The notes beneath the pieces are model-generated. The model was not told the DNA's origin. It saw only the letters and a program-made list of their open reading frames with translations, and made no database searches. Both the position numbers and the translations under genes were made by a program. From Epithemia pelagica (Eukaryota; Protista; Bacillariophyta), in NCBI GenBank assembly GCA_946965045.2, contig OX337234.1, positions 2,790,001-2,854,000 on the forward strand: 64,000 nt of DNA, read 5' to 3'. Below, piece after piece: positions 21,533-33,700 of the stretch (position 1 is the first letter of the stretch; each line of letters begins with the position of its first letter).

Positions 21533-23701
21533 ATGCACGCAGTTGCAGCAACAAGCATTCGCACAAATTCAAGTTGGAGAGTCTTTCAAACGCGTCTCCA
21601 CCGATTTTCATCATCATCATTCTCGTCCGCCACTTTTGTATCGAGGCATTTTGCATCAAATCCACTTACACGAACAACAATTACAATGGATCCAACGAAG
21701 ACTCAATCCAGCAACTCCCTGACCTCTTTGGCGGGCCTCAAAGAGAGTGACCGAACAGTGTCCACCGTCTCGGACGATTTTTCCTCCGACAGTGGCAGTG
21801 TGAGCGGCAGTGTGGATGGTCGTGGCTACCACGAAGCCGGCGTCAAGTCTCAGTACGACACCCAAGAGAAGCTTGCCTTTTACAATGAAGTCATGGGGGA
21901 TGGCACGGGAAACATTCACTTTGGAAAGTGGGACGGAGTGGACATGGACGAACCCGGCGCTTATGGAAAGGCTTCGGAACTCATGACGGATCACATGTTT
22001 GAGTTGGCCACCAGTTTGTTGAAGAATCCGACCGATTCGTCGGCGGCGGGATCCCCCAAGAAATTGCGCCTGGTAGATCTTGGCGCTGGTACCGGAAGTG
22101 CGGCCCGACGTTTGGCATCGGCCAACGAGAGCCTCGAATGCACCTGCTTGAACTTGTGCGAACGACAAAATGCCATTAGTTGGGAACAAAATGAAGAAAT
22201 GGGATTGAAGGATCGCGTGCAAGTTCTCACTGGAACCTACGAAAAGGCGCCCTTTGACAACTGCTCTTTTGACATTTTGTTCAGTCAAGATGCCCTCATT
22301 CATTCGTACAGCAAGAAGAATGCTTACATGGAGGCCAAGCGCATTGCTCGTCCTGGTGCAGTCTTTATCTTTTCGGATCTCATGGCTGGAGAGCAAGCTT
22401 CCGCCGAAGAACTCGACAGCTTTGCGTCGACCAACATGGTCAAGGATTGGTTGACACCCTCGCAGAACATTGAATGTTTGAAGGAAGTGGGCTTCCGGCA
22501 AGTCACCTTCATTGACATGACTGAAGATATCAAGATGAGCTTTGTTGGAATGCTCAAGAAGGTGGAAGAACTCCTTTCCAACACACAAGATAGTATTGAT
22601 CAAGCCTTGTTGGAAACTTACAAGAAGAATTTGACCAAGAGAATTGAACAGTGCGACCGCAAAATCTTTAGCTGGGGGATTGTTCATGCCAGAAAACCCA
22701 TCAAGGTTGCGATTTATCCTTCCCTACCGGTAGCCTTTGAACCCAAGGTCCCCGAGTTGTTTGAACAATTCCATGGAGAAGCCGATGAAGAGACAGATAC
22801 CATTGTGGTGGACTTTACAACGCGCGTCAATGAAGAAGTTGTCATGGCGCTCCCCAAGCAAGTGTCCTTGATTGTCACCTTGTCGTCCGGTAAGGATCAC
22901 ATTGCCTGTGATACCGCCGCTTCTCGAGGTATTCAGGTTGCTTCCTCCGACAAGACGTGCATTACAGAATCGGTTGCCGAATACGGATTGTGCATAATTA
23001 TCAATGGCCTCCGAAACATTTTTGGCAACATTGGTGTTCCTTTCCCTGGTAAGGCGTGGACACTCAGCTGGAACTGCCAAGGTCTTAGTATGGACCAGGC
23101 AACCATTGGTATCATTGGTATGGGTGACATTGCATCCTTGATGGTCCGGAAATTGAGAGCCTTGTCCAGTTCGCTTCGAATTCTCTACTACGAACCGGAA
23201 CAATTCCGCAAGAAGGACTTTGAAAAGGAAATGAATTTGGAATACTGTTCGTCGCCCATGGAAGTCGCCAAGGGCGATTTGGATATTCTCATGCCATTGG
23301 CACCCCTCATGCCGGCGACGACCAACATGGTGAATGAAGAAATGTTTAGTGTCTTGCCGGAAAAATGTGGCCTCATTAACATTTCTCGTGGACAAGTCAT
23401 CGTGCAAGATGCCTTGGTCCAGGCTCTCAAGGACAAGAAACTGAAATATGCCATTTTGGATGCCACCACTCCTGAGCCTCTGCCGGAAGATCACGAATTG
23501 AATTCCATGTCCAATGTCTTTATTCTTCCCCACTACGCCACCAACACGTTGGAAGTTCGTCAAAAGTTGGTACGTTCTACTTTCGTGACCGATGCGAGGT
23601 TTGTGTTTTCACCAAGAATGATTCTTTCCCTCACTTGTTTCATTGTTCTGTTTCAGGTTGGTGGAATTGAAGGCATTGCCTACAATCACTATCTGCCGTA
23701 A
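21533..23701 (+). CDS. Fusion of a sarcosine/dimethylglycine-type class I methyltransferase and a D-isomer-specific 2-hydroxyacid dehydrogenase
   Basis: One ORF. Methyltransferase: FYNEVMG...NIHFGKW, VDLGAGTGSAAR, FDILFSQDALIH, PGAVFIFSD. Dehydrogenase: GIIGMGDIA, INISRG, LDATTPEPL, ILPHYAT. Probable in-frame 87-bp intron at 23570-23656; 3' end uncertain; second ATG at 21686. Confidence 0.88.
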   Translation: MHAVAATSIRTNSSWRVFQTRLHRFSSSSFSSATFVSRHFASNPLTRTTITMDPTKTQSSNSLTSLAGLKESDRTVSTVSDDFSSDSGSVSGSVDGRGYHEAGVKSQYDTQEKLAFYNEVMGDGTGNIHFGKWDGVDMDEPGAYGKASELMTDHMFELATSLLKNPTDSSAAGSPKKLRLVDLGAGTGSAARRLASANESLECTCLNLCERQNAISWEQNEEMGLKDRVQVLTGTYEKAPFDNCSFDILFSQDALIHSYSKKNAYMEAKRIARPGAVFIFSDLMAGEQASAEELDSFASTNMVKDWLTPSQNIECLKEVGFRQVTFIDMTEDIKMSFVGMLKKVEELLSNTQDSIDQALLETYKKNLTKRIEQCDRKIFSWGIVHARKPIKVAIYPSLPVAFEPKVPELFEQFHGEADEETDTIVVDFTTRVNEEVVMALPKQVSLIVTLSSGKDHIACDTAASRGIQVASSDKTCITESVAEYGLCIIINGLRNIFGNIGVPFPGKAWTLSWNCQGLSMDQATIGIIGMGDIASLMVRKLRALSSSLRILYYEPEQFRKKDFEKEMNLEYCSSPMEVAKGDLDILMPLAPLMPATTNMVNEEMFSVLPEKCGLINISRGQVIVQDALVQALKDKKLKYAILDATTPEPLPEDHELNSMSNVFILPHYATNTLEVRQKLVRSTFVTDARFVFSPRMILSLTCFIVLFQVGGIEGIAYNHYLP

Positions 23702-25795
23702 ATATAGCAGCGAGTGGGCTGCGTTTCGAATCCTTTTTGGTGCGTTGCGCAGTCGCGCGCATCTGTGGGAGAATTACAGACGAAACACGGCTTTCTTTTG
23801 GGTCGGCATGGTAGTTTATAGTTTGGTTGTATACACATGTGTCGTTGCATCATGGACTAACCGTTTATTCCAGCCAATCCATACTCTCGAGAGTATGGTT
23901 GCAAACGACCGCTGTCAAAGATTGACAACACAGTATTCTTTTTAACTTTATGTAACTCTGGTATCATCAGAAGTCGACAGACCATTATTTATTTGCGGGG
24001 GTTGTGTGAAATGGAACTTGGTCCTGTGGTAGCCTTTGCAATTGTCGTTGTTGGTCAAGAACCGTGTGCGTCAACGTAGAGAATTGGACCGAGTCCCAAC
24101 AACACGACGAAGACAAATTCCTTTAGCAATGGGTTCCATGCTAGGAGTTCAGATCTCCTATATCTATGTCTCTCCTTAGGGAGGGAGTAAGGGAGTTGAT
24201 ATGGAGCAACGACAATCACCATACACTTCACATCTTTGGACAATAATTGGCAATGAAAGCAATAGATGATGATTCGACAAGAAATCAGAAAACTAGAGGG
24301 ACCATTACACGAAAGGAGACCAATTTACGACTTCCTACAACGTTACCTACCATAGATACTTGTCATTTCCAGTCAATAGGAGGAATGAATACGTACGGTT
24401 CATCAGGACATGCAAGATGCCTACCGACCGAGAAAGTCAACCAGGTCCATTCGAGGCAGCCCCTTTTGTGGTTGCGGGACAGTTCTAGGGCCCATAGCAT
24501 AGAATAAAATAATATATTATGCGTCTTGGCGTCATCGAAACCGGCCATTTGGGTTTTTAGATGCCCATGCATGCCCCCATGGTCTTCACGGGACTTTGAA
24601 CTCACTAGGACACACCGTGCACATGATGATGTGTGGCTACAAACCTCAAGGATCCGAAGACGAACACGTAAAGTGAAAACTAGGCGACTCTCGGTAAGGC
24701 AGCATCAATAATCGTTGGTAGGAGCTAGGTTGTCAATGGTTTTCGTGTCGGCGTCTTCGTTCACTATCGTCGTAAATGGCTCCTTCTTGTCCATCGAGTA
24801 TACGCTCTCCGCCCGAAGCCTACAACCACGAAGTGCTATCCGTGATCCATCCGTGATGTCCTGGCACATGTCATTATTGTCATTGGCAATAATTATCGAC
24901 ACGTTGGTATAGTGTAGAGCTCGTGCTTAGCTTGTCGTCTCTCCCGAAAACTTCACAAGAACGAAATTGGTGTGGTAGGTATTCTCTCTCTCTACCTACC
25001 TAGTAGAGCTAGAGGAGTTTAGTTGCTCTACCAAAGAGAGCTACCATCATTCCCCCATGTATCAGCGCCCCAGGCCCAAGGTCCCCACGCCCCCCACCTA
25101 TGACCCTTATTGATTGTGTATTGGGCATCGGTCATTCTACGAGTACAATAAATGTTATTTTTTGTTTGTCCTCACCCAACCAGAAACCAGATGTCCAAAT
25201 CCCCCATCACTATCACCCGAGCGGCCCTCTCAAAAAACTCAAAAAGTGTGTGAACGCAAAAACCAGACACCGTCTGTTCTTCCTGGCTCCGTGCAGTCAA
25301 GAGTGGGAAGGAGGATAGAGACTGTGATGCAATCAGGTTTACGGTACCGTATGGATCTTGTTCCCCTCACTCGGGACGATTTATGCCTGTCCTCCTTCTG
25401 AAACACACTCGGAACACCAATGCTTGAGCTCATGTCCATTCGGAAGGTACATGCAAGACGATGTAAGAAGATCGTCCCCCCAGCCAATACAAAAGACGGG
25501 ACAAGATGAAGTAAGACACACATTGTCACGAATCATGACAAAAGACAAGAAAGCCAATTCTAGGTAGGCTTCGTTGGTGAAAGGTGAATACTACTACTGT
25601 GCAGAAGAGACGCAAATTTTGGCGGCTGTTGTATTGAGCCACAAAACGTTTGTCTCTCACACCGTTTGGCTCGAAAACAAAGAGAATTGCCTGTGGCACT
25701 GTTTCTTCCTTGCAACTACCACTGTTTCTTCCTTGCAACTACCATTTTTCCTCACTGGCAACCTTTGCTAAACAGTGGTAATACTCGCATCAACC

Positions 25796-27520
25796 ATGAC
25801 GACGACAACAACAACAACGACACGGAATAGTACAAGTAGTAGCAATGACCTTCGTCTTGCAAAGCCGGGAGCATCCAGTCAACCAGTCTTTTGGCACTTT
25901 GATGCAGAAGAACAAGATCTTTTCATGAACGCGTCGGACGAAGACGAGGAAGTCGCTGTCTCGGTCGTTCAAAAACGACAACCCGTCCGTGTAAACAACA
26001 AGGAAAAACCGAACAAACCAAAAAGCACCAAACAAAAGCACAGCTCGCGTAAGCGCCAGAACGAGGTATCGAGCGTTCCAAGAAACAGCGATAACAGTAA
26101 GGGCTATCGATCGGCTCCATCCTCTCCACATCGCCCCTTGAGAAGATATCCGAGAGCATCCTCGCTGCTTCAAGGTGTGCAACAAAAGCTGCAGCTCTCA
26201 TCCTTGGACGGCGGCAGTGACTTTCGTAGCAACACCACCACCAACAACAACAACAACCGCGAAGAATTCTTGACCGACACACATTCTCCATCCTCACGAT
26301 CTCCTTCCATCTCTACCGCAGCTACGGCCGCCACAACTTCTACCACTTCCTCCTCCTCGTGTTGTCACCGTGACCATTCCGATAGTCCAAGGAGGAGTCC
26401 ATCCAATCATCCCGATAGTCCAAGGAGGAGTCCATCCAATCCTTTTGCCATTCGAAAGACCATTCAACTCACGGACCAATCCGTTCCAGCTACAACTACC
26501 ACAGGAAATACAAACAGTCTTACCTCACCCACCATGGAGCGGACCCCCCTCGTCCACCAGCATCAAGATTTCATGGTAGAAGCTCCTCCTCTTTCACCCC
26601 TGGCTTGTCCCCATTCATCAGAGACTCCTCGCCATCATTGCGACAGAATCGATCACAATATCCAACAACATTTGCAAGAACTGGAACAATTGATGCAAAC
26701 GCAGCACCGACAACGCCAACGAAAGCAAGAAGCACTGGATGCCATTGTTGCCTACTCCTTGGAACGAGAAGAACAAGCACAACGGTATCGCCGTCAACCA
26801 CCAAGGAATCATCATCGTGTCGATTCTCCACTTGCAAGTCCAGACGTGTTGCAGCAGCCGTCTCCTCCACAACTGTCACACATAGGTAATGCGCAAGCAA
26901 CTCACGAGCAGGAAGCCGAATCCACTCGTCCTTGTTCCCCGCATCCTCCCTCATCTCCTCCCGTCCAGGTTCCAGCTGGTTCACAAGTAGTGACCACCAC
27001 CAAAAAAACCTTGCATCAAGATCCCATTACGGGAGCCACGGTAACTACGACAACCATTACCACCACTACTACCACGACTCCAGATGATTCTATTCGGACA
27101 CGGTCTCGAGTTGCATCCGGCAATGACGTCCTTCAACAGCAGCAGCTCCCTAGCTCTCCCGTGCCAGTGGAACCATCTCCCTCCCTCACCGCTTCTCCTG
27201 CTCCTGCTCCTGCTGCTACAAGAACAACCACTCCCAAACAAATTGAAATCTGTCCTGGTTTTTCCATGCCTCTGAGGGGTGCGGAAGAAACCTTGGACTA
27301 TCTAGGTCAAGGCGATCCCTCTCTGATTGCGTCCACCTTTTGTTTTGCCTGTAACCACAATGTACATGTTTTGGCCGATGCAGCCTTGGGTCTTTGTCCC
27401 ACATGTCGATCGGTGATCCCTCTCGAAGACAATGACAATGGTCATGGGGTTTCCTTGGGATTTTTGGCCCACGAAAGGGACGAATTGCAAGCAGTGGCGA
27501 ATTCCTTGAAGATTCAATAG
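25796..27520 (+). CDS. Low-complexity protein with a C-terminal CxxC...CxxC (zinc-ribbon-like) domain
   Basis: Long S/T/P/Q-rich ORF ending LRGAEET...CFACNHNVHVLADAALGLCPTCRSVIP; internal 33-bp in-frame tandem repeat at 26379-26440. Confidence 0.7.
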   Translation: MTTTTTTTTRNSTSSSNDLRLAKPGASSQPVFWHFDAEEQDLFMNASDEDEEVAVSVVQKRQPVRVNNKEKPNKPKSTKQKHSSRKRQNEVSSVPRNSDNSKGYRSAPSSPHRPLRRYPRASSLLQGVQQKLQLSSLDGGSDFRSNTTTNNNNNREEFLTDTHSPSSRSPSISTAATAATTSTTSSSSCCHRDHSDSPRRSPSNHPDSPRRSPSNPFAIRKTIQLTDQSVPATTTTGNTNSLTSPTMERTPLVHQHQDFMVEAPPLSPLACPHSSETPRHHCDRIDHNIQQHLQELEQLMQTQHRQRQRKQEALDAIVAYSLEREEQAQRYRRQPPRNHHRVDSPLASPDVLQQPSPPQLSHIGNAQATHEQEAESTRPCSPHPPSSPPVQVPAGSQVVTTTKKTLHQDPITGATVTTTTITTTTTTTPDDSIRTRSRVASGNDVLQQQQLPSSPVPVEPSPSLTASPAPAPAATRTTTPKQIEICPGFSMPLRGAEETLDYLGQGDPSLIASTFCFACNHNVHVLADAALGLCPTCRSVIPLEDNDNGHGVSLGFLAHERDELQAVANSLKIQ

Positions 27521-27763
27521 AACTTAAGCTCAAAACCAATGGTACATTTTTAATCCATTATAAATTTTGCGATTTTCTCAATAGTTCTAGTCTATGGCCA
27601 TTTTCAACCAAGCAGTCTCATTAGAGCACAATTCTTTCCTCAGGCCAATCGTTGTGACTAGAGAAGAAGACCAAAAGTCAAATCGACGTGTGCATTTGCT
27701 TCTCTCTCATCGAGAAACTGCGCGGCGATGGCTTCAACAACAGCAAATGTGATGCAGAGCCTG

Positions 27764-30700
27764 CTACCCCTGAGTCAGAAGCTTTGTGTCACTTGCGCCT
27801 CCATCGGTCAAAAAGTAGTCGCCAGTGCTGGATGCAGAAGCGGCAATCAAGAGAGAGTGGTCCTGTCGATCATACTTTTTCCAGGCTGGTAGCTCCCCGA
27901 GAACAAGCTGGAACTTTGCCCCATACCCTGGATCCTGACACAAGAGTTTCAAGAGTGAAATCGCGTGAACTTTCGCAGCGGCCGGATCTCGGATTTCGTC
28001 AAACCTGGCATGTTCCAAAAACTGGTTAACCAAAAACTCGCAGAGATTACAAGCCAGTGCTTGTTCCAACAAGACAGTTCGACCAGCAGCTGCGCCTGGT
28101 GCACCGCCAATGGATGCCGCTTGCACATTCGCAGTAATCGTCGGGTCCGTAGGGGACCGAGCGTCAACGCCGGAGCCATGAGTTATACCCATTGTACTCT
28201 CTGACGATTCTGACAAGGGCCGCGACGGTTCATTTTCGTATTCTTCAGCTCCACGATGAGACGCTGGGTGTCCATGGTCATATTGGTTAGTCGATAAATG
28301 ACTCTTTTGTTCAACGTCGGAGGGCAAATGACTCTGATATGATGAAGTTTGGTTGATCACGTGGGAAGATGGCACGGAAAGCTGTGGCGTGGAATGGTCT
28401 CGAAGAAAGAGTGAAGATGATGTGTCTTTAGGGAGTGGGCTTGCTCCGAAAAGCGTCATGGGCGGTGAGAACTCTGTCGAATCATCATATTCATCATCGT
28501 CATCGTTGAATCTAGATAGGTTGTGGCTGGCTGCCGAGTTAACGATCTCTGGCTGAGCCGTCTTGTTCAGCATAGTGGACGGTGGTTGGTTGAAGGATGA
28601 AGCACCTAATGAAGAACCCATACCAAAAGACCCAATAGACGGATTCACATCAGGTTCGTGTGCAGTAAATATGCTCTCCCTCACTGTAGTGGATTGCTCA
28701 GTTTCCATACTGTCAGAATTTCTCTGAGGATATGTATCTGGAGGGTGAGAATGTTCTACTGAGCGGACAGAGTTTACTGCTGATTCAAACAGGGGGTTCG
28801 TATGAGTGGGTTGAGGTGATAGCGCAGATGAGGATTGCAACGATTGTCCTTGTGGAGAAATGAAAGTGTTGCTCATCGTTGCTATGCGAGGGTGTGAGTT
28901 CGACGAAGTGGTGGTACTGTTGGATTGGTATTGTGGCTCCCTTGGTGGAACATGAGAGTAGGGCTGTTTTGGGGAGGCGTGAAACTGTGAGGGAGAAAAT
29001 TTTGGGGCAACAGTAGCGCTAGTTCCATACGACGATGCTCCGGTGTTAGCAGGTTGAATGGGTTGTGAAATTGGGATGGTAGGCTGCACATGCGAAGCTT
29101 GGTGTGCGCCAAGGGGATCTGTGGAGGTTTGTTGTAGAGGTTGAAGGGGATTGTTGGTAGCAAAACTCCTTTCAACCTGGTTCCTGGTTGAGAGATTCCC
29201 CGGCGATACCGTTGTACGTTGCCCAAGGTCCGGATGTGCTGTCGATCCGGTGTTTATGGTATTCCAGTTAGGGGTTGCTTGTAGATATTGTGCCGGACTA
29301 TGATTTGCCAATGGTGACTGGAGGTGAGGTTGAAGGGGATTTTGTTGATTAATCGGGGAGAAGCCTGGGTTCATTGTTGCATGTTGGGGTTGCGGTGCGG
29401 TGTTTGCGGCACTTTGGACACTTCGAGGTTGTCCATGGTCAGGAAATGGGGAACCTCCAAACATTGCAAGAGGATCGTCCCCAAGGCTAACCCGTTCCCT
29501 ATTTCTTTGCACCGGCCCTTCTCCTGGTGCCGGAGATGGTGCCATGGCAACACCAAATGAGCTGAATGCGACACTTCGAATTACAGGCTCATCCCCCGAC
29601 GCTGGGGAGGGCATCATCGCTAGCGGCCCTGGGATTCCACCAAATGCTACTTGACTTAAATCCCCCAATGCGATTTTGTACGTTTTGAGCAGTGTTTCCA
29701 CCATAAAAGAGGAATCGGGGTGAAGGGATTCTTTCCCAATAGCACGAATAATCGAATCCACAATTCCACTTGTTCTGTTGTGGTCCGTTACTGAAGCAAT
29801 TGCATCGACGTTTCCGACGCGATCGGCAGCGACATGTAGTACTCGAATGATTGAAACCAACGGAGTTCCATAAAGTTCCCTTTTTAAAACTCGATCAAGA
29901 GAAGCGATAACACGAGGAATGTAACCCCATTCAGCGAGTTTGTCGCATCTTGATTCCTTGACTTTGCAAACAAAGACGACAGCCGTTGTCGTAACCTGCA
30001 ACACACTTTCTTTGGATTTCGTCAGAGCAGAAGCTTCGGGGTGGCCGTCTCCTCCCTGAAAGTCTGTATGCATGTGAAGTTCCTTCACCCATCGTTGGAG
30101 CAGAGCCTCCAGGAATCCGATGGGATCACGCAAGCTGTACGTCGGGTCCTTCAAGAATCGAGATACGTACACTCCTCCCAAATACAACTCGTCTTCGAGT
30201 TTTGAATATTTTACGTATACGCCTGGATCAAGAACAAATTCTTTGGAATAGTCTGATCCACCTTTTTCTCGATCTGCAATGCACACATCCAATTCACCTG
30301 CCACAACACCACGAAGCTCGGCTCTCATGGAAGAATCCCAAATGAGTTCCGGACTATCAGACTCGTCATCAAAGCTCTTCAGCATGGCCTCAGGTTCCTC
30401 TTTTAACAGGACAACTAAAGACAAGGGTAGAAAGCGTTGGAGCAGAGGGAGCGCTGTGGTCGCCGTTGATGGGTCCCATAACAATCGCGAAAGCGTCTTG
30501 GCGGCTCCCAATCGGGATGTCCATGCCTTGGAGAAACTACCATATCCAACAAGAACTCCGAGTAGCTCCAACCATCCAGTTGAACGAATCATTTGTTGTG
30601 CCACCGACGGTGACGACGACAGAGCTTCCAACACGGACCAAGCGCGGATATGACGTTTACTGCTTTCCAAAGCACTTTGGCCCTCGTCAGTAGAATCCTC

Positions 30701-33700
30701 TGCGTTCTGTGGCCTTTGGAGGACCAACATGACTCTCCAAAGTACACCCTCTTGGACAATCACATCTGCAAACGACTTCTTTGGGCTCACGATTGATAGC
30801 AAATCACAGCAGACATCAAACGCCTCCGACTCCATCGGTAGCTCCAGCAAAGCCAAACTGGTCGATGCGAAAAGAGCAGAGTCCATGAGATAATCATCTG
30901 TCAACAGCTTTACCAGAATTCTGACCGCATTTAACGACATGGAAAATTCTGGTCCAGGAACTTCGACATTTATACCTGCCACTGCGTCATAGATTCTTCT
31001 GTCAATACTGTCCAAAGGAATCTTTCCCCAGCTGGACAGCAGACCCGACTCGTTCAATGAGTTGGCAAGAAATGCAAGAAGCGACTCAGCAAAAAAGAGG
31101 ACATTCTCGATTTTTGCCAATGCTTCCTTTCCTTTCACTAGGAAAACACGAACATAGACGCCGCCAATTACGAACTCATCCTGCAATGATTTGAACCTAA
31201 AGGATCGAACGCGTGCAAGGTCTTGCTCAAGATCATGGAGCCCATTGGATGAGCTTGATCCTTCCAGCTCACCCACAACGAATTCGAGTTCTTTTCTCAT
31301 TGCACTGTTCCAAATAAGATACGGTTCTTCCACGTTGGTGTTAAAGAGTCGCAGCGTTTCTTCGGTACGCTGATTCCGAAGAAGTTTTGCCATGGGTGCT
31401 GTCAACAGCTTATCGAGCGCTTCCAACAAAAAGCCGTTTCTTCCGAAGCTGGTTAGGAGGCCTGAAAGTGCTCCCAGAGCTCGTACTGCAGTATTTGCCA
31501 GTAGATTCATCGAATGCATAGAGAAATCTGTCTTTTCGTCTCCTCCTTGGCTGGCTTCAACGGTGGGATCAAAACGTAAAAGAAGTTTGAGAAGCGGCCA
31601 GCAAACACCGCAATTGACCATGCCTGTTTGCAGTGACTCAAGCTTTGATAGGTTCATAATTCCTTCCAATGCAAAGAGTCGTACCGAGTTGTCTTCGACC
31701 CTCGATGCATTGACAACATTTCCATTCACACATTGCTTCCAGTCCATCAAGAAGCCTGTCACATCGGTCAGTGACGCAATAGTCTCTCGACCATTTTCGT
31801 AAAATGCGACACCGCCCAAAGTCCGTACAATGTGCTCCGTTGTGGAAAGTAAACTCGCACGCGAACGACCCGCCGACTCCCCACAATCCGTCAGAGCATC
31901 CAAGGTTCTGGTTGTGACACGCAACAGTTGGGCCAAAATTGGGACCCCTCCTCTCGAAACCAATTCTTCTGCATTTAAGGGTGACACCAAGCATGTGCGA
32001 TAAACCAGTTCAACTCCATGTCGAATCATTTCAGCTCGCTCCTCTCGGACAAAGCAGGATGCCAGTAGACCCTCTTTGTCCCTGTCGTTCGCGAAGTTGA
32101 TGCAGGAATCTGGGAGCTTTATACATTCCAATAGAACGTCGTATGAGGGATATTTTACTTCGGCCACAGTGCCTTCAAAGCGTCTGTATATAAGAAGCTG
32201 GGCTCGAATCAGCAAGTGCATTAGATTCATCCGACTGAGTCCGCCAGCAAAGCCCTCGGTGGCGCCCGATGTGTCGTGGTAACCGGACTCGCTTTCACTG
32301 GAATAGGACTGAATCTTTTCGCCACTTTCCACGATGGGCAACAATACTTCGTATGCCTTTTGAATAGCCTCAAACATTTCACGACCACCGGGATTCTTAT
32401 CGGGGTGATAGAGTCGTGCCTGTGTTCGATAGGCTCTTCGAAGTTCCTTGCCGCTGTCTCCTTCTTGCAGCTCCAACAATCGTCTGGCCTTTTCTAGCGT
32501 ATCGCTGCTACTATCATCCGACTCGCCCTTTTTGTGTTGAAACTCTTGCAAACACGAACGCAGGACTTCCATGGGCTCTGCAATGGGCCAATCCGGAAAG
32601 CGTTCTTCGTCGCACAAGTTGTGCAAATAGTAATTATGGCAGAAAAGCTCAGGTTGTAGACGCTTGTATGAGATGGCCGGAATGGGACAGTATTCGTACT
32701 CCAAGGTATTGTTCTGGTATAAACGAAAAGGAAAATCTCCCAAATGCTGACGAATCATTTCAATCAAGTGTGTTCTCATCTCCATGGTCCAAATCACTTC
32801 TGGTGTATCAGCATTTCCCAGAAAGACATCGACAAACCTTTGATATCCATAGTTATCCAATACATAGACAAGCCCTTCGGGTAGCATAGTTCCCAAAACA
32901 CTCCGGTCTTTCATGGGGAGTTCCTTCCCTTTGGCCGTCGCCTCGGATCCGGACCGAAAATTTTGATGCAAATGAGTTGCCTGCAATAGTTGAGCCAAGG
33001 CCGAAAAGTTACTGCCGGCATAGCTCAGGATGAAAAAGAAGGCCCCGGTCAAATAGAATTTCGATGTGGCATCGGGATTGTATTGGAGAAGATTGTGTAA
33101 CAACCGGGCCGATTGTTCCACGACGCGACTATCATTGCACAAAAGACCTTGACTCAAAATGGAAAAGGGTCGAGCACCGGCACTGTTGTTCACTTCCACA
33201 GCACGATTCCGGTCGGTCAAGATTCGCTTGGCGGCTGGGATGGGGACATAGGGAACTCCTGCCGCATCCAAACTTTTGTGCAAGTCCACGAGACGATTCA
33301 ATGACTGGAGTGCCAAGAGCGCCACCTCGGCAGGAGCATAAATGCCTGATCGAGTACCATCCGTACACAATTGCCATCGCAGTTGCCACAATTCATTGAG
33401 TCGCTTCCATTTTCCCGTATCCATGTGTTCTTCTCGAACACCGTCCGTGCCGGTGGAATCGTAATCTTGGACCAACGACGATGCCACGAGATCGTACGGC
33501 GACAACTCTCCCTCATCCATGAGTTTGGCCAATTCCGAAACACGGTACGGTCCTCGCACAAATTCCGCCGGTGGTGGAACACGTCCCGTCGAAGCAGTAT
33601 ACCAAACGGCCGGACACGCCACATCACTGGCCGTTGGGGTCGTTTCGGTTGCAGCGTCCTTGACCTCTGTGGTTTTGGTATTCTCCGAAGTGGATCCCAA

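Noticed and set aside
23950-25770. 1.8-kb gene-free interval as a hidden gene or element
   Set aside because: Only short motif-less ORFs; no terminal repeats, TSD or RNA structure that I could support.
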